Source: an uncultured Candidatus Saccharibacteria bacterium (lineage in GTDB: Bacteria > Patescibacteriota > Minisyncoccia > Phycocordibacterales > UBA12088). From it: a stretch of 36,936 nt of DNA. Every line of letters begins with the position of its first letter. Position 1 is the first letter of the stretch. The stretch spans positions 1 through 36,936 of the forward strand of contig CAZLUD010000001.1 in the NCBI GenBank assembly GCA_964562615.1, in the 5' to 3' direction. The position numbers and the translations under genes are program-made. The notes under the pieces were generated by a model. That model did no database searches, had not been told where the DNA came from, and saw only the letters and a program-made list of their open reading frames with translations. Shown here piece after piece: positions 25,194-36,936 of the stretch.

Positions 25194-25216
25194 GTTCCGA
25201 AGCGTACCATGTACTG

Positions 25217-26569
25217 TTACTCATTCACAAGGGGAAAGGACACCACGATATGTGACCCCACCCCTTCGATAGACTCCACAGAGATTGTCCCACCCATCTT
25301 CTCTACAAGCTGTTTTGTTATCCATAGCCCAAGGCCCGTCCCAACCTCACGCTGCACCTCAGAAGAATCTGCACGATAAAATTTTTCAAAAAGCCTACGC
25401 TGAGCTTCTGCAGACATACCAATACCTGTATCACTCACCCGTAGGTACAGTCGGTTATTATTGCTATATACTCTTGCTACTATTTCTCCTTTTTTAGTGT
25501 ATTTAACGGCATTGCCAATGATATTTACCATTACTTGCTTGAGTCGCACTGGATCAGCCACAATAGTCGCCTGATGCTCAAATAATGTCTTAAGTACCAG
25601 TCCCTTTTCCTTAGCTTTAAACATGAGTGATGACACCACCTCTTCCATGATACTTTTTGGATCAATAGTCGTTGGGGTAAAAGAAAGCCTGCCTTGCTCA
25701 AGGCGTGTGACATCAAGTATGTCAGAAATAAGCTGATCCAATTCTTCAGCGCTGGTATTAATTCTTTCTAAAAATTGTTTACCATCGACAGTTCGCACTT
25801 CATCTTTTTGTTCGAGTAATTCAACATACCCCCTGATTGCAGTAAGGGGGGTGCGAAGCTCATGACTAGTCATAGAAATAAAATCGTCTTTAAGTTGATC
25901 CAGCTCTTTCAACTTTTTGTACAGTACCGTGTAATCAATAATACGTGCGTGCTTGAAAAATAACCCCATAAGAAAGAGTAGTACCACGCCAAGCATGATA
26001 GACGCGTCACGAATGCTTTTTGCTATTTGTAGATCTGCCTCTGAAAGTGATTGTCTAGTCACAATAACTCCTTGGACCTCACCGTCTTTTACAATTGCGC
26101 GGGCAGTTCTAAAGTACCGCTCGCTTCCTTCATACTCTTGTGTGGTATATGAATTACCAGGGTCATTTGACGCTAGGCCCAGCACAATGCCATACCCCTC
26201 ATGAGGCAAATACTCTTCTTCTTTATTAAGAGAGACAATGGTGTACCACGTCTGCGGAGCAACTTCTTCGAGAATAGAAAACTCTACAATGGTTTGATTT
26301 TGTGAAGCAATAGTTTTCATGTGCTCTCTGAGCACATCTGGTGATGATAGTAACTCCCCAGCAAGTGGCGCAAAGGCATCCTGCATAGCGCCCACTCGAA
26401 CATTAATAAGTCTATCTTGCGCGTCGGTTGCGATAGAAATAAATCGCTCTGCAAGAAATAAATATGAACACAATATAGCTACCGCAACTAAAAGCGTTAA
26501 AAATAATTGTGGGTGTTCAGTAAATTGTCGTACACCCTCTCTCAGTGTGCGTATAAGTGAGTGTGGCAT
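25217..26569 (-). CDS. Sensor histidine kinase
   Basis: The H-box is SHELRTPLTAIRGY, the N-box is IIGNAVKYT, G1 is VSDTGIGM and G2 is GTGLGLW. There are two TM segments. The start was moved to MPHSLIR to avoid overlap with the upstream gene. Confidence 0.85.
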   Translation of the reverse strand: MPHSLIRTLREGVRQFTEHPQLFLTLLVAVAILCSYLFLAERFISIATDAQDRLINVRVGAMQDAFAPLAGELLSSPDVLREHMKTIASQNQTIVEFSILEEVAPQTWYTIVSLNKEEEYLPHEGYGIVLGLASNDPGNSYTTQEYEGSERYFRTARAIVKDGEVQGVIVTRQSLSEADLQIAKSIRDASIMLGVVLLFLMGLFFKHARIIDYTVLYKKLKELDQLKDDFISMTSHELRTPLTAIRGYVELLEQKDEVRTVDGKQFLERINTSAEELDQLISDILDVTRLEQGRLSFTPTTIDPKSIMEEVVSSLMFKAKEKGLVLKTLFEHQATIVADPVRLKQVMVNIIGNAVKYTKKGEIVARVYSNNNRLYLRVSDTGIGMSAEAQRRLFEKFYRADSSEVQREVGTGLGLWITKQLVEKMGGTISVESIEGVGSHIVVSFPLVNE

Positions 26570-26579
26570 ATTGTAATCA

Positions 26580-28505
26580 CTACGCGATATCAGGTACTTC
26601 ACGTCGCTTCATCGTGAACATTCGATACATTCCCATAAAGAGCACTACCACAAAGCCAAACAGCACGAGGAGTAGCACTCCAACCGCAAGGAGGTTTTGT
26701 TTTATGATACTTAGTGGATCTGTAGGAACAATCTCAGGTCGTAGGAGCGGCGCAAATTCTACCGCCTCAGCCGTCTTTACAAACGGCACCGCAGGGCTCT
26801 TTGCAATAATTCTTCCTGCACTATTGACGGACGCAACATATAACTCATGATTGCCATCCTCAAGCTCAACATCAAGAGCGTAGTGCCATACACCCTCATC
26901 ATCTGCTTTTACCGTAACGACAATTGGCGTTGAGAATATATACAATGTTACAAAACTATTCGGCAATCCTCTGCCAGAAAATGAAAGCACTTCGAGTGAT
27001 TGTGGTGTTTCTATTACCTCATCGAGAGGCTCCTCAGGCGAGGTTGTGGCGGTTTGTGATAATGTAGTACTTGCTACCTCATCACGTACACCTATCGGTA
27101 AACGCTTGAGGGTTATAGCGGTAACTTCAAATAGGTTATCACTCGATTCCCGAACATCTTTTGGGGACTCAACTGGTATGAGTACCGCATCATCAGTAAG
27201 TGGATCAAATCCAAGTAAGATTCTCTCTCCGTCAGTAAGGCTTGACCCAGAGGTGTGCGCATTCCACGGATCAGTGAAATAGATATTAGATTCGTCATAG
27301 TCTGAGACTCCATCACTATCAGTGTCTTTGTATAGATTGAGTCCGTCTCGGGTTTTTAATTTTTCACGCTCTTCTATAAGACGAGCATTACCCTCCTCTA
27401 TGATGGTGGTTATTTCCCTACTTCCTGTTGATAAATCAACGCTCTCTCCTGTTTCGTTTTGAATAAGTAGCTCGATTTCATCAATCGAAGACTGAAGCAC
27501 TGATTGAAGTGCGTACAATGAATCTTCCTCTCTGACTCCCCTCTCTATTCCATCTGCAACAGTGGTGCGTATTGCTTCTTTGCGCGCTTCAAGCTCTGCC
27601 TTTAATGAGGCAATCTTTTTTTGTCGAGCGTCACCATCAAATGGTTGCACTTCTGGATTCTCTATTTGCACTCCTGTGTACTCGGTAAATGATAGTTGGG
27701 TAAGTGCTTCATCAACATCTTTTGTTAATGAGTCTACCACTCTATCACCCACCTCAGCTGCTTCTTTGGTAAGCACATGCAGCGCTGATCCAAGTTCAGT
27801 CAATTGTGTTTTTTGTTTTTGCTTTTCAGTTACCGTGGCGTCGGTAGTACCATAGGTATCTATCTGATTTTGCTCAAAACGCTTCTGATGTTCTGCGCGC
27901 AATTGAGCCTGTCTTTCTGCGCGCGCTTTTTCCTCTTCACTTAAATCTTTAGCTTGCTCCTGTGTAGAATCGCTAGATTGTGTTTTAGAAACCGCACTCT
28001 CAACTGGGCGCTTTGCAGAGGCTGGCTGTGTACGGGTTGTAGCAGTGGTGTTGTTGGTAGTCGTTACGGTTTGCTTTTGAGCTGATGGCTCTTTTGTAAC
28101 CTGTGTAGGGATGGTAGCCGCGCTTCCTGCGGTTGCAGTAGGGATATTCATGGTGGCGGTAGTCGGGGTAACTGTTTTTGTACTTTCTACTGAACCAGGT
28201 ACTCCGGTAGTTGATGATTGTGGTGGTGTGGTGCCAGTAGTTGGCATGACACCACTTTGCGTAGGTATGGTGGTAGTGGTTGGTGCAGGAGCAGTATACG
28301 TAGTGGTAGGGACAGTACCCCCTGTTACTCCTGGGATATTCATCATCATTGAATTAATTTCGTCGTCGGTGATACCAGTAGGCAAATCTGGTATTTCAAA
28401 AAGAAGATCATCATTCCCCGCCGGAACAATTGCCCCTTGCGTGTCACCTTTTATTGCGCGAGTGATTTGAGCTGTGTCTCCCTTAGGTAAGGTTGCGACT
28501 CCCAT
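26580..28505 (-). CDS. Cell-surface protein with a Thr/Pro-rich region, coiled coil, TSP3-type Ca-binding repeat, Ig-like domain and C-terminal TM anchor
   Basis: DTDSDGVSDYDESN is a TSP type 3-like repeat. SFVTLYIFSTPIVVTVKADDEGVWHYALDVELEDGNHELYVASVNSAGR has a bacterial Ig-like pattern. The C-terminal helix is LLAVGVLLLVLFGFVVVLFMGMY. The true start is uncertain (see findings). Confidence 0.6.
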   Translation of the reverse strand: MGVATLPKGDTAQITRAIKGDTQGAIVPAGNDDLLFEIPDLPTGITDDEINSMMMNIPGVTGGTVPTTTYTAPAPTTTTIPTQSGVMPTTGTTPPQSSTTGVPGSVESTKTVTPTTATMNIPTATAGSAATIPTQVTKEPSAQKQTVTTTNNTTATTRTQPASAKRPVESAVSKTQSSDSTQEQAKDLSEEEKARAERQAQLRAEHQKRFEQNQIDTYGTTDATVTEKQKQKTQLTELGSALHVLTKEAAEVGDRVVDSLTKDVDEALTQLSFTEYTGVQIENPEVQPFDGDARQKKIASLKAELEARKEAIRTTVADGIERGVREEDSLYALQSVLQSSIDEIELLIQNETGESVDLSTGSREITTIIEEGNARLIEEREKLKTRDGLNLYKDTDSDGVSDYDESNIYFTDPWNAHTSGSSLTDGERILLGFDPLTDDAVLIPVESPKDVRESSDNLFEVTAITLKRLPIGVRDEVASTTLSQTATTSPEEPLDEVIETPQSLEVLSFSGRGLPNSFVTLYIFSTPIVVTVKADDEGVWHYALDVELEDGNHELYVASVNSAGRIIAKSPAVPFVKTAEAVEFAPLLRPEIVPTDPLSIIKQNLLAVGVLLLVLFGFVVVLFMGMYRMFTMKRREVPDIA

Positions 28506-28705
28506 TCCTACAAGAATTGAAAAGACGCCAAGTGCGGCGACATATAATGGCGCCTTTTGAGCAGCAGCACTTGTCTGGTTGTGAGGTTCCTTTTTTATAG
28601 TAGTAATTGATTACTGCTACGTATACGAGCGCTGCGCATGCAGGCGTACAGTGCTTTAAGTGTACCACGGGCGTGTCAGCACAAAAGTAGCATATCCACT
28701 TTTTG

Positions 28706-29965
28706 TCATGACACCTCTCCGAGGTACGGCATTGCAAGACCTTGCGCATCAGCAATCGCCATCTTGGTGAGCGACCTATGGTGTGTGGAGGGCGCTGCTT
28801 GTAGCGCCATACTTGCCCCAAGGAGGATGGTTCCTGATCCATACATACTATTCATGCCATCTACTGACGTGTATACCTGTTGCCACTTTTTGGTAGAAAC
28901 TTCTTCACCAAAGAGGGTGCTCAAAATTGGGTACGGCGAAAGACCGTACAATGATACGCCTGTTTGGGTATACATTACTGAGGGTACAAGTATTTCTCTT
29001 TTTCTTTTTGCAAGCGCGATTATAAATGCATCTGGATTTGATGATGATGGTGAGATTTGTACATCTATAGATTTACGCATGCGTCTATGATCACGAACAT
29101 GGAAACTCGCCCTTGAGGCAAACAATCCCATGTGTCGGAGTCGTTTAGTAGCGCGTTCAAGGTTTGTTACGAGGTGAGCGTATACTACGTCAAGGTTTTG
29201 TTGCGCTCGAAAACTTTTAAAAGACTGTGTTGATGACGGCATGCTAGTTTGCTCATGTACCGCTGATACTATTTCTCCTCGTAGCTCATGCCAAAGCGAG
29301 CGTTCGTGTTTATGAGGTACATGTTCTGCTACCCATTCGTGACTCTTTTCTTTAAAGGCGAGTGCTGTCATCACCCCCAAACCCTTAAGTTTCTGAGAGA
29401 GTGCGGGGCCAATTCCCCACACCTCTTCAATACCTTTCTCATCAAGAAATGAGGTGATAGAGGACCTTTCAATAACGGTAAAACCTGCCGGCTTATTCCA
29501 CTTTGATGCAATTTTTGCAAGAGTCTTAGTTGGTGCCAATCCCACAGAAAACGTGATGCCTAATTCCTCCTGCAACGTACGTGAGAGTGTCCTAGCAAGT
29601 GATATCGCCTCATCGAGCGACGAGACATCATGTAGTACATCAGCAAAACATTCGTCTACACTATAACGCTCTACCACCGACGCAAAACGTTTAGTGATAC
29701 GAGCCATGCGCGCAGAAAACATGCTATATGCCCTATAATTACCTGACAAAATAACGCAGCTCGAGCACATTCTTTTTACTTGAAATATTGGAAGACCACG
29801 TACTATTCCTAAGCGCTTTGCATTGATATTAAGTGCCGTCACCATACCTCGCTCCTGCCCTACTACTACCGGCTTTCCTATGAGGCGGTGATCCATAGCC
29901 TCTTCACATGACGCAAAAAATGCATCAGCATCTAAATGGATAATATGCGGAAAATAAATGGACAT
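28706..29965 (-). CDS. Y-family DNA polymerase (DinB/UmuC-like)
   Basis: The start was moved to MSIYFPHIIHLDADAFFASCEE (catalytic DxD region). Other blocks are GKPVVVG and VERYSVDECFADV. Confidence 0.85.
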   Translation of the reverse strand: MSIYFPHIIHLDADAFFASCEEAMDHRLIGKPVVVGQERGMVTALNINAKRLGIVRGLPIFQVKRMCSSCVILSGNYRAYSMFSARMARITKRFASVVERYSVDECFADVLHDVSSLDEAISLARTLSRTLQEELGITFSVGLAPTKTLAKIASKWNKPAGFTVIERSSITSFLDEKGIEEVWGIGPALSQKLKGLGVMTALAFKEKSHEWVAEHVPHKHERSLWHELRGEIVSAVHEQTSMPSSTQSFKSFRAQQNLDVVYAHLVTNLERATKRLRHMGLFASRASFHVRDHRRMRKSIDVQISPSSSNPDAFIIALAKRKREILVPSVMYTQTGVSLYGLSPYPILSTLFGEEVSTKKWQQVYTSVDGMNSMYGSGTILLGASMALQAAPSTHHRSLTKMAIADAQGLAMPYLGEVS

Positions 29966-30237
29966 ACGAGATAGAAAAGGTACTATTATAGTGACTTCAG
30001 CTGTAATAACCTGACTTAGTAGGAATGCTGGAGCCATGACTCCCAACGACCCCCGAGGTGCCCCCATCTCCTCTTCGTGGGGGTCGTTTTTTTATCTTAG
30101 AGATACGGCTCTTGCGTATACCTCTTGAGGAGCATGGTCATAATTCCACTCTCGCCACCATCGCGCTTGATTGGTAGCACAAAATGAGGAAAGAAGCGCT
30201 TTTGCCTGTGGGACTTTTTTTGATTTCATACTTATTG

Positions 30238-30477
30238 TTATCTGTATTTACGTATAACCCCCACCACTACTGCCACCACTCGTAAACTCTCTTTTGGATA
30301 CAAGTCGGGATATTTTTCATTGGCTGGTTCAAGATACTGTGCTCCTGTTTTATCTTTCCGAAGATATTTAATAGTCCACTCACCATCAAGTTCGGCAATA
30401 ACGATTGATCCTTCTTTTGCTTTTTCTCTTCGTTCTACAATTACCAAATCTCCTTCCATGATTCCGGCGTCCTTCAT
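30238..30477 (-). CDS. S24 (LexA/UmuD-type) peptidase domain, N-terminally truncated; possibly a pseudogene or a UmuD-prime-like stub
   Basis: MKDAGIMEGDLVIVERRE...DGEWTIKYL matches the S24 core. The catalytic Ser (VKGDSM) lies immediately upstream of the only ATG. The frame is open only 15 codons further, to the TAA at 30523-30525, with no ATG, GTG or TTG. Confidence 0.6.
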   Translation of the reverse strand: MKDAGIMEGDLVIVERREKAKEGSIVIAELDGEWTIKYLRKDKTGAQYLEPANEKYPDLYPKESLRVVAVVVGVIRKYR

Positions 30478-30581
30478 GGAGTCTCCTTTTACTGTAAGTA
30501 CGTATATCGCTCTGTGTATGTTTTATTATACATCAGATAGCGTATACTTTTGTGGTTGGAAAGTGGAAAGCTGTGGATAAC

Positions 30582-30607
30582 AAAAGTCTCCCAAATGGGA
30601 GACTTTT
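30582..30607 (-). terminator. Rho-independent terminator of the atp operon (bidirectional shape)
   Basis: Read on the minus strand: AAAAGTCTCCC-ATTT-GGGAGACTTTT then GTT, 25 nt after the atpC stop. Confidence 0.7.
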
Positions 30608-30632
30608 GTGGCAATCATCTACAAAATTATTT

Positions 30633-30875
30633 TTACAACAACACGGACAGTTTTTGTCCAGTTACTTCAAGAATACCTGATGTGGTTACGTCAAAAAATG
30701 TTGTTGTTGAGTCATCTTTTTGATGTATGGTAATTCTTCCATCTTTTGTTACCGAGCATAGCGGCATGTGATGCTCTAGAATGGTAAGTTCACCCTCTTT
30801 GGTGGGTACCGTCACCGAAAGTGCTTCACCACTAAAGAGTACTTTGTCAACTTTCGCTATGTGCACATTAAGCAT
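30633..30875 (-). CDS. atpC: F-type ATP synthase epsilon subunit (beta-sandwich only, 80 aa)
   Basis: It occupies the position after atpD. The N-terminal pattern LNVHIAKVDKVLFSGEALSVTVPTKEGELTILEHHMPL matches epsilon. Confidence 0.8.
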   Translation of the reverse strand: MLNVHIAKVDKVLFSGEALSVTVPTKEGELTILEHHMPLCSVTKDGRITIHQKDDSTTTFFDVTTSGILEVTGQKLSVLL

Positions 30876-30895
30876 GAGAGGAATGTGTTTACCTA

Positions 30896-33195
<2,300 letters not shown>

Positions 33196-33205
33196 GAGAC
33201 ATTCA

Positions 33206-34759
33206 TTACGCTGTTTGTCCGTCTTTGAATTTTACAAAGGCATCTTTGAGTGTTGCGAGTGACTCATCTGAGAGGTCTTTGCTATCACGCACATCGGTGA
33301 TCACCTTTTCGTGGTGTGCCTTTATGTGGGTAATAAGCGCCTCTGCAACTTTGCTTACGTCATGCACTGCCACACTATCAAACACTCCCTCAGCCGCCGC
33401 AAACAAAAGTATTACTTGTTCATAAAATGGTACTGGCTTTTGTCGAGGTTGCTTGAGTAGCTCAACCAATCGCTCACCTTTGTCGAGGCGCTTTTTGGTG
33501 TCGGCATCAAGGTCTGAGGCAAACTGCGAGAACGCTTCAAGCTCTCTAAATTGCGCAAGTTCGATACGAGTCTTTCCGGCAACCTTTTTCATTGCTTTGG
33601 TCTGCGCGCTTGATCCCACACGTGACACCGAGAGCCCTACGTTAATCGCTGGGCGAATACCCTTGTTAAATATATCAGTCTCAAGATATATCTGTCCGTC
33701 AGTAATAGAAATAACGTTGGTAGGGATGTATGCCGATACGTCACCTTCTTGTGTTTCGATAATTGGTAGCGCCGTGAGTGACCCTCCGCCCTTCTCCTTA
33801 GAAAGTTTTGCAGAGCGCTCAAGGAGTCGTGAGTGAAGGTAAAAGATATCTCCTGGGTATGCCTCTCTACCTGGTGGGCGTCGCAGAAGGAGTGACACTT
33901 GTCGATACGCAACGGCGTGCTTTGAGAGGTCATCATAAATCACAAGCACGTCTCTTCCCTTCTCCATAAAGTATTCACCAATTGATGCAGCAGCGTATGG
34001 CGCCAAAAATTGTAGGGTAGCAGATGCTGATGCGGGTGCATCAACAACAATGGTGTACTCCATTGCGCCCGCGTCTTTGAGTACCTGCACAATACGTGCG
34101 GTTTTTGATTCTTTTTGACCTATTGAGGTGTATATACAAATCGGACGAGTTTCTTTTGGTTCGTTCTTTTGGTTGAGGATGGTATCAATAGCGATAACCG
34201 TCTTTCCGGTATATCTATCGCCAATGATTAGCTCTCGTTGTCCTCTACCAATTGGAATCATGGCATCAATAGCCTTGATACCAGTATGGAGTGGTGTCTT
34301 TACACTCTCTCTGTCCATCACGCCATAGCTTGGACGCTCAATTTGGTACAACTCGGTATTAAGAAGTGGACCCTGTCCATCAACTGGTGTGCCAAGCGCA
34401 TCAACCACTCTACCAACAAGCGAGTCGCCAACAGGAAGAGAAAGCACCTTACCTGTTGCGCGCACCTGCATACCTTCGGTGATCATTGAAGCATTTCCAA
34501 GAATTGCCGCCTTTACTGTCTCTACCTCAAGGTTCATCACAAGACCAATTACATCTGTGTGCGTATCTATCGCCTTTTCAAGAGTTTTGCCCTTGCTGGT
34601 ATCAAACACGAGCATCTCGGACATGAGCGCCTTTGGGAGACCTTCGATTTCGCACACACCATCACCTACTGATATAACCGTTCCTACCTGCTCAGGTGAT
34701 GCTGAGTGTTCAAATCCTTCTATCTGCTTTTTGAGTCTTTCTATTACTGCTTGTTGCAT
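33206..34759 (-). CDS. atpA: F-type ATP synthase alpha subunit
   Basis: The Walker A motif is [50 protein letters not shown] is conserved. Confidence 0.95.
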   Translation of the reverse strand: MQQAVIERLKKQIEGFEHSASPEQVGTVISVGDGVCEIEGLPKALMSEMLVFDTSKGKTLEKAIDTHTDVIGLVMNLEVETVKAAILGNASMITEGMQVRATGKVLSLPVGDSLVGRVVDALGTPVDGQGPLLNTELYQIERPSYGVMDRESVKTPLHTGIKAIDAMIPIGRGQRELIIGDRYTGKTVIAIDTILNQKNEPKETRPICIYTSIGQKESKTARIVQVLKDAGAMEYTIVVDAPASASATLQFLAPYAAASIGEYFMEKGRDVLVIYDDLSKHAVAYRQVSLLLRRPPGREAYPGDIFYLHSRLLERSAKLSKEKGGGSLTALPIIETQEGDVSAYIPTNVISITDGQIYLETDIFNKGIRPAINVGLSVSRVGSSAQTKAMKKVAGKTRIELAQFRELEAFSQFASDLDADTKKRLDKGERLVELLKQPRQKPVPFYEQVILLFAAAEGVFDSVAVHDVSKVAEALITHIKAHHEKVITDVRDSKDLSDESLATLKDAFVKFKDGQTA

Positions 34760-34764
34760 AGGCG

Positions 34765-35163
34765 TTATGCGGTGAGTGATGAATAAAGTGAAAGTAACGT
34801 GCGCTTTGCTGAATGATCAACGACTACTCCGTTATAAAATACGGTGAACCCGCTAATAAGCGTTGGATCAATCACTACCTTTTGTGGTGCATGAGTTGCG
34901 GAACATTCAGCAAGTACCCGAGCGATGGCATCTGCATGTGTAGACAATTCTTTTTGATTTGCGAGTGTGATATGCGCTGTGATTGCTCGCTCCTTTTTAT
35001 CAAGCGCACGGTGTATCGCGCGGCGCACCTTTGCCATAAATGGCGCTCCCTCCTTTTTCTCTACAAGATCAGTGAGTGAAGCAAGGCGAGTTATCGCAAC
35101 ATCGGCAGTAGCAGCGGCTACTGATTGAAGAAATGCGTGTGCGTATAGATCTGCCTTTTTCAT
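34765..35163 (-). CDS. atpH: F-type ATP synthase delta (OSCP) subunit, short form (132 aa)
   Basis: It lies between atpF and atpA. The C-terminus [28 protein letters not shown] matches the OSCP C-terminal block. Confidence 0.7.
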   Translation of the reverse strand: MKKADLYAHAFLQSVAAATADVAITRLASLTDLVEKKEGAPFMAKVRRAIHRALDKKERAITAHITLANQKELSTHADAIARVLAECSATHAPQKVVIDPTLISGFTVFYNGVVVDHSAKRTLLSLYSSLTA

Positions 35164-35167
35164 AGTG

Positions 35168-35611
35168 CTATTGTTTGGTTATTGCCTTCTCTACCCCAAG
35201 TACGACAAGTTTAGCTATTTCGTGTTCTGCTTGTTGGAGTGATTTTCGCTTTTCTTCTGCTGCTTTTTGCTCTGCCTCTTTAAGAAGCGCGTCGTGACGC
35301 TTCTGTGCGGCAGCAACAATATCTAACGCTTCTTTCTCAGCGAGCTTCTTTCCATTTTGGATAGCAGCTTCTGCATCTTTTGTTGCTTTTGTGAGTATGC
35401 TCTTTCCCTCATCTGAGGCCTGCATGAGCGTCTTCTCGGCTGTCTCGGCATCTTTGACACCTTTCTCTATTTTCTTTTGCCGCTCATCAAGAAGGCTAAG
35501 GAGTGGTGTGTAGAGAAAGTACCAAAGCACACCAAGTAATAGACCAAAGTTAAATACTTGCACAATAAGCATGCTCCAATCGACTCCGAAAATTGAAAAA
35601 ATTGATGACAT
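35168..35611 (-). CDS. atpF: F-type ATP synthase b subunit
   Basis: A single N-terminal TM segment is followed by a long charged helix (EAEQKAAEEKRKSLQQAEHEIAK). The position in the operon fits. Confidence 0.8.
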   Translation of the reverse strand: MSSIFSIFGVDWSMLIVQVFNFGLLLGVLWYFLYTPLLSLLDERQKKIEKGVKDAETAEKTLMQASDEGKSILTKATKDAEAAIQNGKKLAEKEALDIVAAAQKRHDALLKEAEQKAAEEKRKSLQQAEHEIAKLVVLGVEKAITKQ

Positions 35612-35632
35612 GATTATGTGTGATACTCACGA

Positions 35633-35956
<324 letters not shown>

Positions 35957-36721
35957 CTAGTGCGGTTCAGTGATTGCTATCTTGATAAAGAACAAGGTGA
36001 GCAGTGCAAAGATTGCCGCCTGAATAAAGCCCACAAACACCTCAAACAGCATAAGTGGTACCGGCACAATAAATGGCACAAAAAACATCACCACCAAGAT
36101 AAGCACCTTACCCGCAAAGATGTTACCAAAAAGCCTAAAGCTAAATGATATCAGTCGTGCCACTTCGCTAATGAGTTCTATGATACCCACGACAAAGCCC
36201 ATGAACGAGCTAAAATTAACAAATTTTCCGGCGTATTTCAAGAATCCTATAGATGCAACACCTGCTACTTCTATTACCACAAACGCAATAAGCCCAAGCG
36301 CAATGGTGACATTAAGGTCGGTTGCCGCAGGATAAAAGAGGGGTACCAAATGCTCGTGACCTACCTCACCCTTGAGGACGCCTATTGAACCAACACCCGG
36401 AAATAGCCCGAGGAGATTTGCTGTCAAAATAAAAAGGAAAATGGTAAGCAAGATTGGTAGGAATTTTCTTGCGAGCGCTTTGCTCTCTAGTGTCTCTGCC
36501 ACATAGTCGTATACCCCGCCGACAAGTGCCTCTGTAGCAACCTGCACCTTCCCTGGTATCATGGCAAACCGCCCGCGCATGATAATTGCAAATGTGCACA
36601 AAATGGCAATCGCAAGCCAACTCATAATAAGCGTGGAGGTGATGGTAAATCCCCACACATCAAACAGGTGGTATGGCGAAAGGGTGATGTGAATTGCCTC
36701 TTTTTCCATAGATGACGCCAT
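35957..36721 (-). CDS. atpB: F-type ATP synthase a subunit
   Basis: The start was moved to MASSMEKE (ATG at 36719-36721) because the longer ORF overlaps a tRNA. The conserved Arg block is SFSFRLFGNIFAG. Confidence 0.85.
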   Translation of the reverse strand: MASSMEKEAIHITLSPYHLFDVWGFTITSTLIMSWLAIAILCTFAIIMRGRFAMIPGKVQVATEALVGGVYDYVAETLESKALARKFLPILLTIFLFILTANLLGLFPGVGSIGVLKGEVGHEHLVPLFYPAATDLNVTIALGLIAFVVIEVAGVASIGFLKYAGKFVNFSSFMGFVVGIIELISEVARLISFSFRLFGNIFAGKVLILVVMFFVPFIVPVPLMLFEVFVGFIQAAIFALLTLFFIKIAITEPH

Positions 36722-36818
36722 TATAACAGAAATACCAAAAAAGGTAAGTATTAAATGACGGTTCAGCACTGTGCATAGAAAAAATATAAATATGGTATAT
36801 ACTCCGAGAACATAAATT

Positions 36819-36889
36819 CGGGATGTAGTATAGTGGTAGTACGCATCCATGGGGTGGATGTAGTCCGAGTTCGATTCTCGGCATCCCGA
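36819..36889 (+). tRNA. tRNA-Pro (anticodon GGG), no encoded CCA
   Basis: Hand-folded cloverleaf. The acceptor stem is CGGGATG/CATCCCG. The D arm is GTAT-AGTGGTA-GTAC. The anticodon arm is CATCC-ATGGGGT-GGATG. The variable loop is TAGT. The T arm is CCGAG-TTCGATT-CTCGG. The discriminator is A. Confidence 0.85.
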
Positions 36890-36936
36890 CAACCACTAAA
36901 ATATGAAGACAACAATAGTTTTATTTTACAAATACG

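Noticed and set aside
27900-28330. The Thr/Pro/Ala-rich region of the surface protein as a possible DNA tandem repeat or phase-variable tract.
   Set aside because: The amino-acid bias is not matched by exact nucleotide-level tandem units. I saw no homopolymer or microsatellite tract long enough for slippage.
27046-28470. Plus-strand ORFs opposite the Thr-rich surface protein (27046-27282, 27562-27855, 28111-28470).
   Set aside because: They are antisense products of a compositionally biased gene, with Val/Gly-rich translations mirroring the Thr/Pro codons.
28483-29090. ORFs 28483-28842 (minus strand) and 28638-29090 (plus strand) overlapping the 3' end of the Y-family polymerase gene.
   Set aside because: They overlap a well-supported polymerase frame. 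Their sequences are Cys/Arg-rich and implausible as proteins.
30047-30093. A plus-strand terminator-like hairpin (CGACCCCC...GGGGGTCG, or the inner CCCCCA/TGGGGG, followed by seven Ts) upstream of the polymerase gene.
   Set aside because: No plus-strand gene lies upstream of it for several kb, and on the minus strand it lacks a downstream U-run. It is probably a 5'-UTR structure or a relic, so it is not called a functional terminator.
36660-36896. The N-terminal extension of the atpB ORF (to 36892) and the ORF 36660-36896.
   Set aside because: Both run antisense through a well-folded tRNA-Pro gene at 36819-36889. The atpB start at 36721 (MASSMEKE) gives a normal-length a subunit.

Overview
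This is a 36.9-kb bacterial window that is almost fully coding. The standard code (table 11) explains all long ORFs. The gene content suggests a small-genome bacterium, possibly Patescibacteria/CPR, but this is inference only and no search was run. The supporting features are a compact atpBEFHAGDC operon with short epsilon and delta subunits, a SET-domain protein, an L,D-transpeptidase next to a C39-like peptidase, and many near-gapless gene junctions.

The window falls into three blocks.

(A) 1-16.2 kb is an accessory/defence island, nearly all on the minus strand. It holds:
- a BcgI-like fused nuclease-N6-methylase with a separate S subunit, preceded by a small HTH gene;
- a rolling-circle-type Rep, a SpoVG-like gene and two unknown ORFs;
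- a divergent Panacea (DUF4065) antitoxin-like gene with an unknown partner;
- a C-terminal remnant of a serine recombinase;
- a six-gene near-gapless operon: fic - hsdM - hsdS - ORF413 - hsdR - HARE-HTH/PD-(D/E)xK nuclease.

(B) 16.2-23.5 kb holds:
- an odd 0.8-kb gene-poor stretch ending in a strong terminator;
- a VOC-family gene;
- a four-gene cassette (nucleotidyltransferase, SAM methyltransferase, alpha/beta hydrolase, degenerate class-I aaRS-like protein) bracketed by perfect 49-bp direct repeats;
- two cell-wall enzymes;
- an intact IS481-family element with a 6-bp target-site duplication.

(C) 23.6-36.9 kb is core-like. It holds a cold-shock protein, ung, a SET-domain protein, a histidine kinase, a Thr-rich surface protein, a Y-family polymerase behind an N-terminally truncated S24 peptidase, the ATP synthase operon and tRNA-Pro(GGG).

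The best candidate for something undescribed is the type I R-M operon with three translationally coupled accessory genes. Within it, the unrecognised 413-aa protein wedged between hsdS and hsdR stands out because it carries a C-terminal PD-(D/E)xK signature. All functional calls come from motif reading by eye. No database, HMM, GC or folding computation was run.
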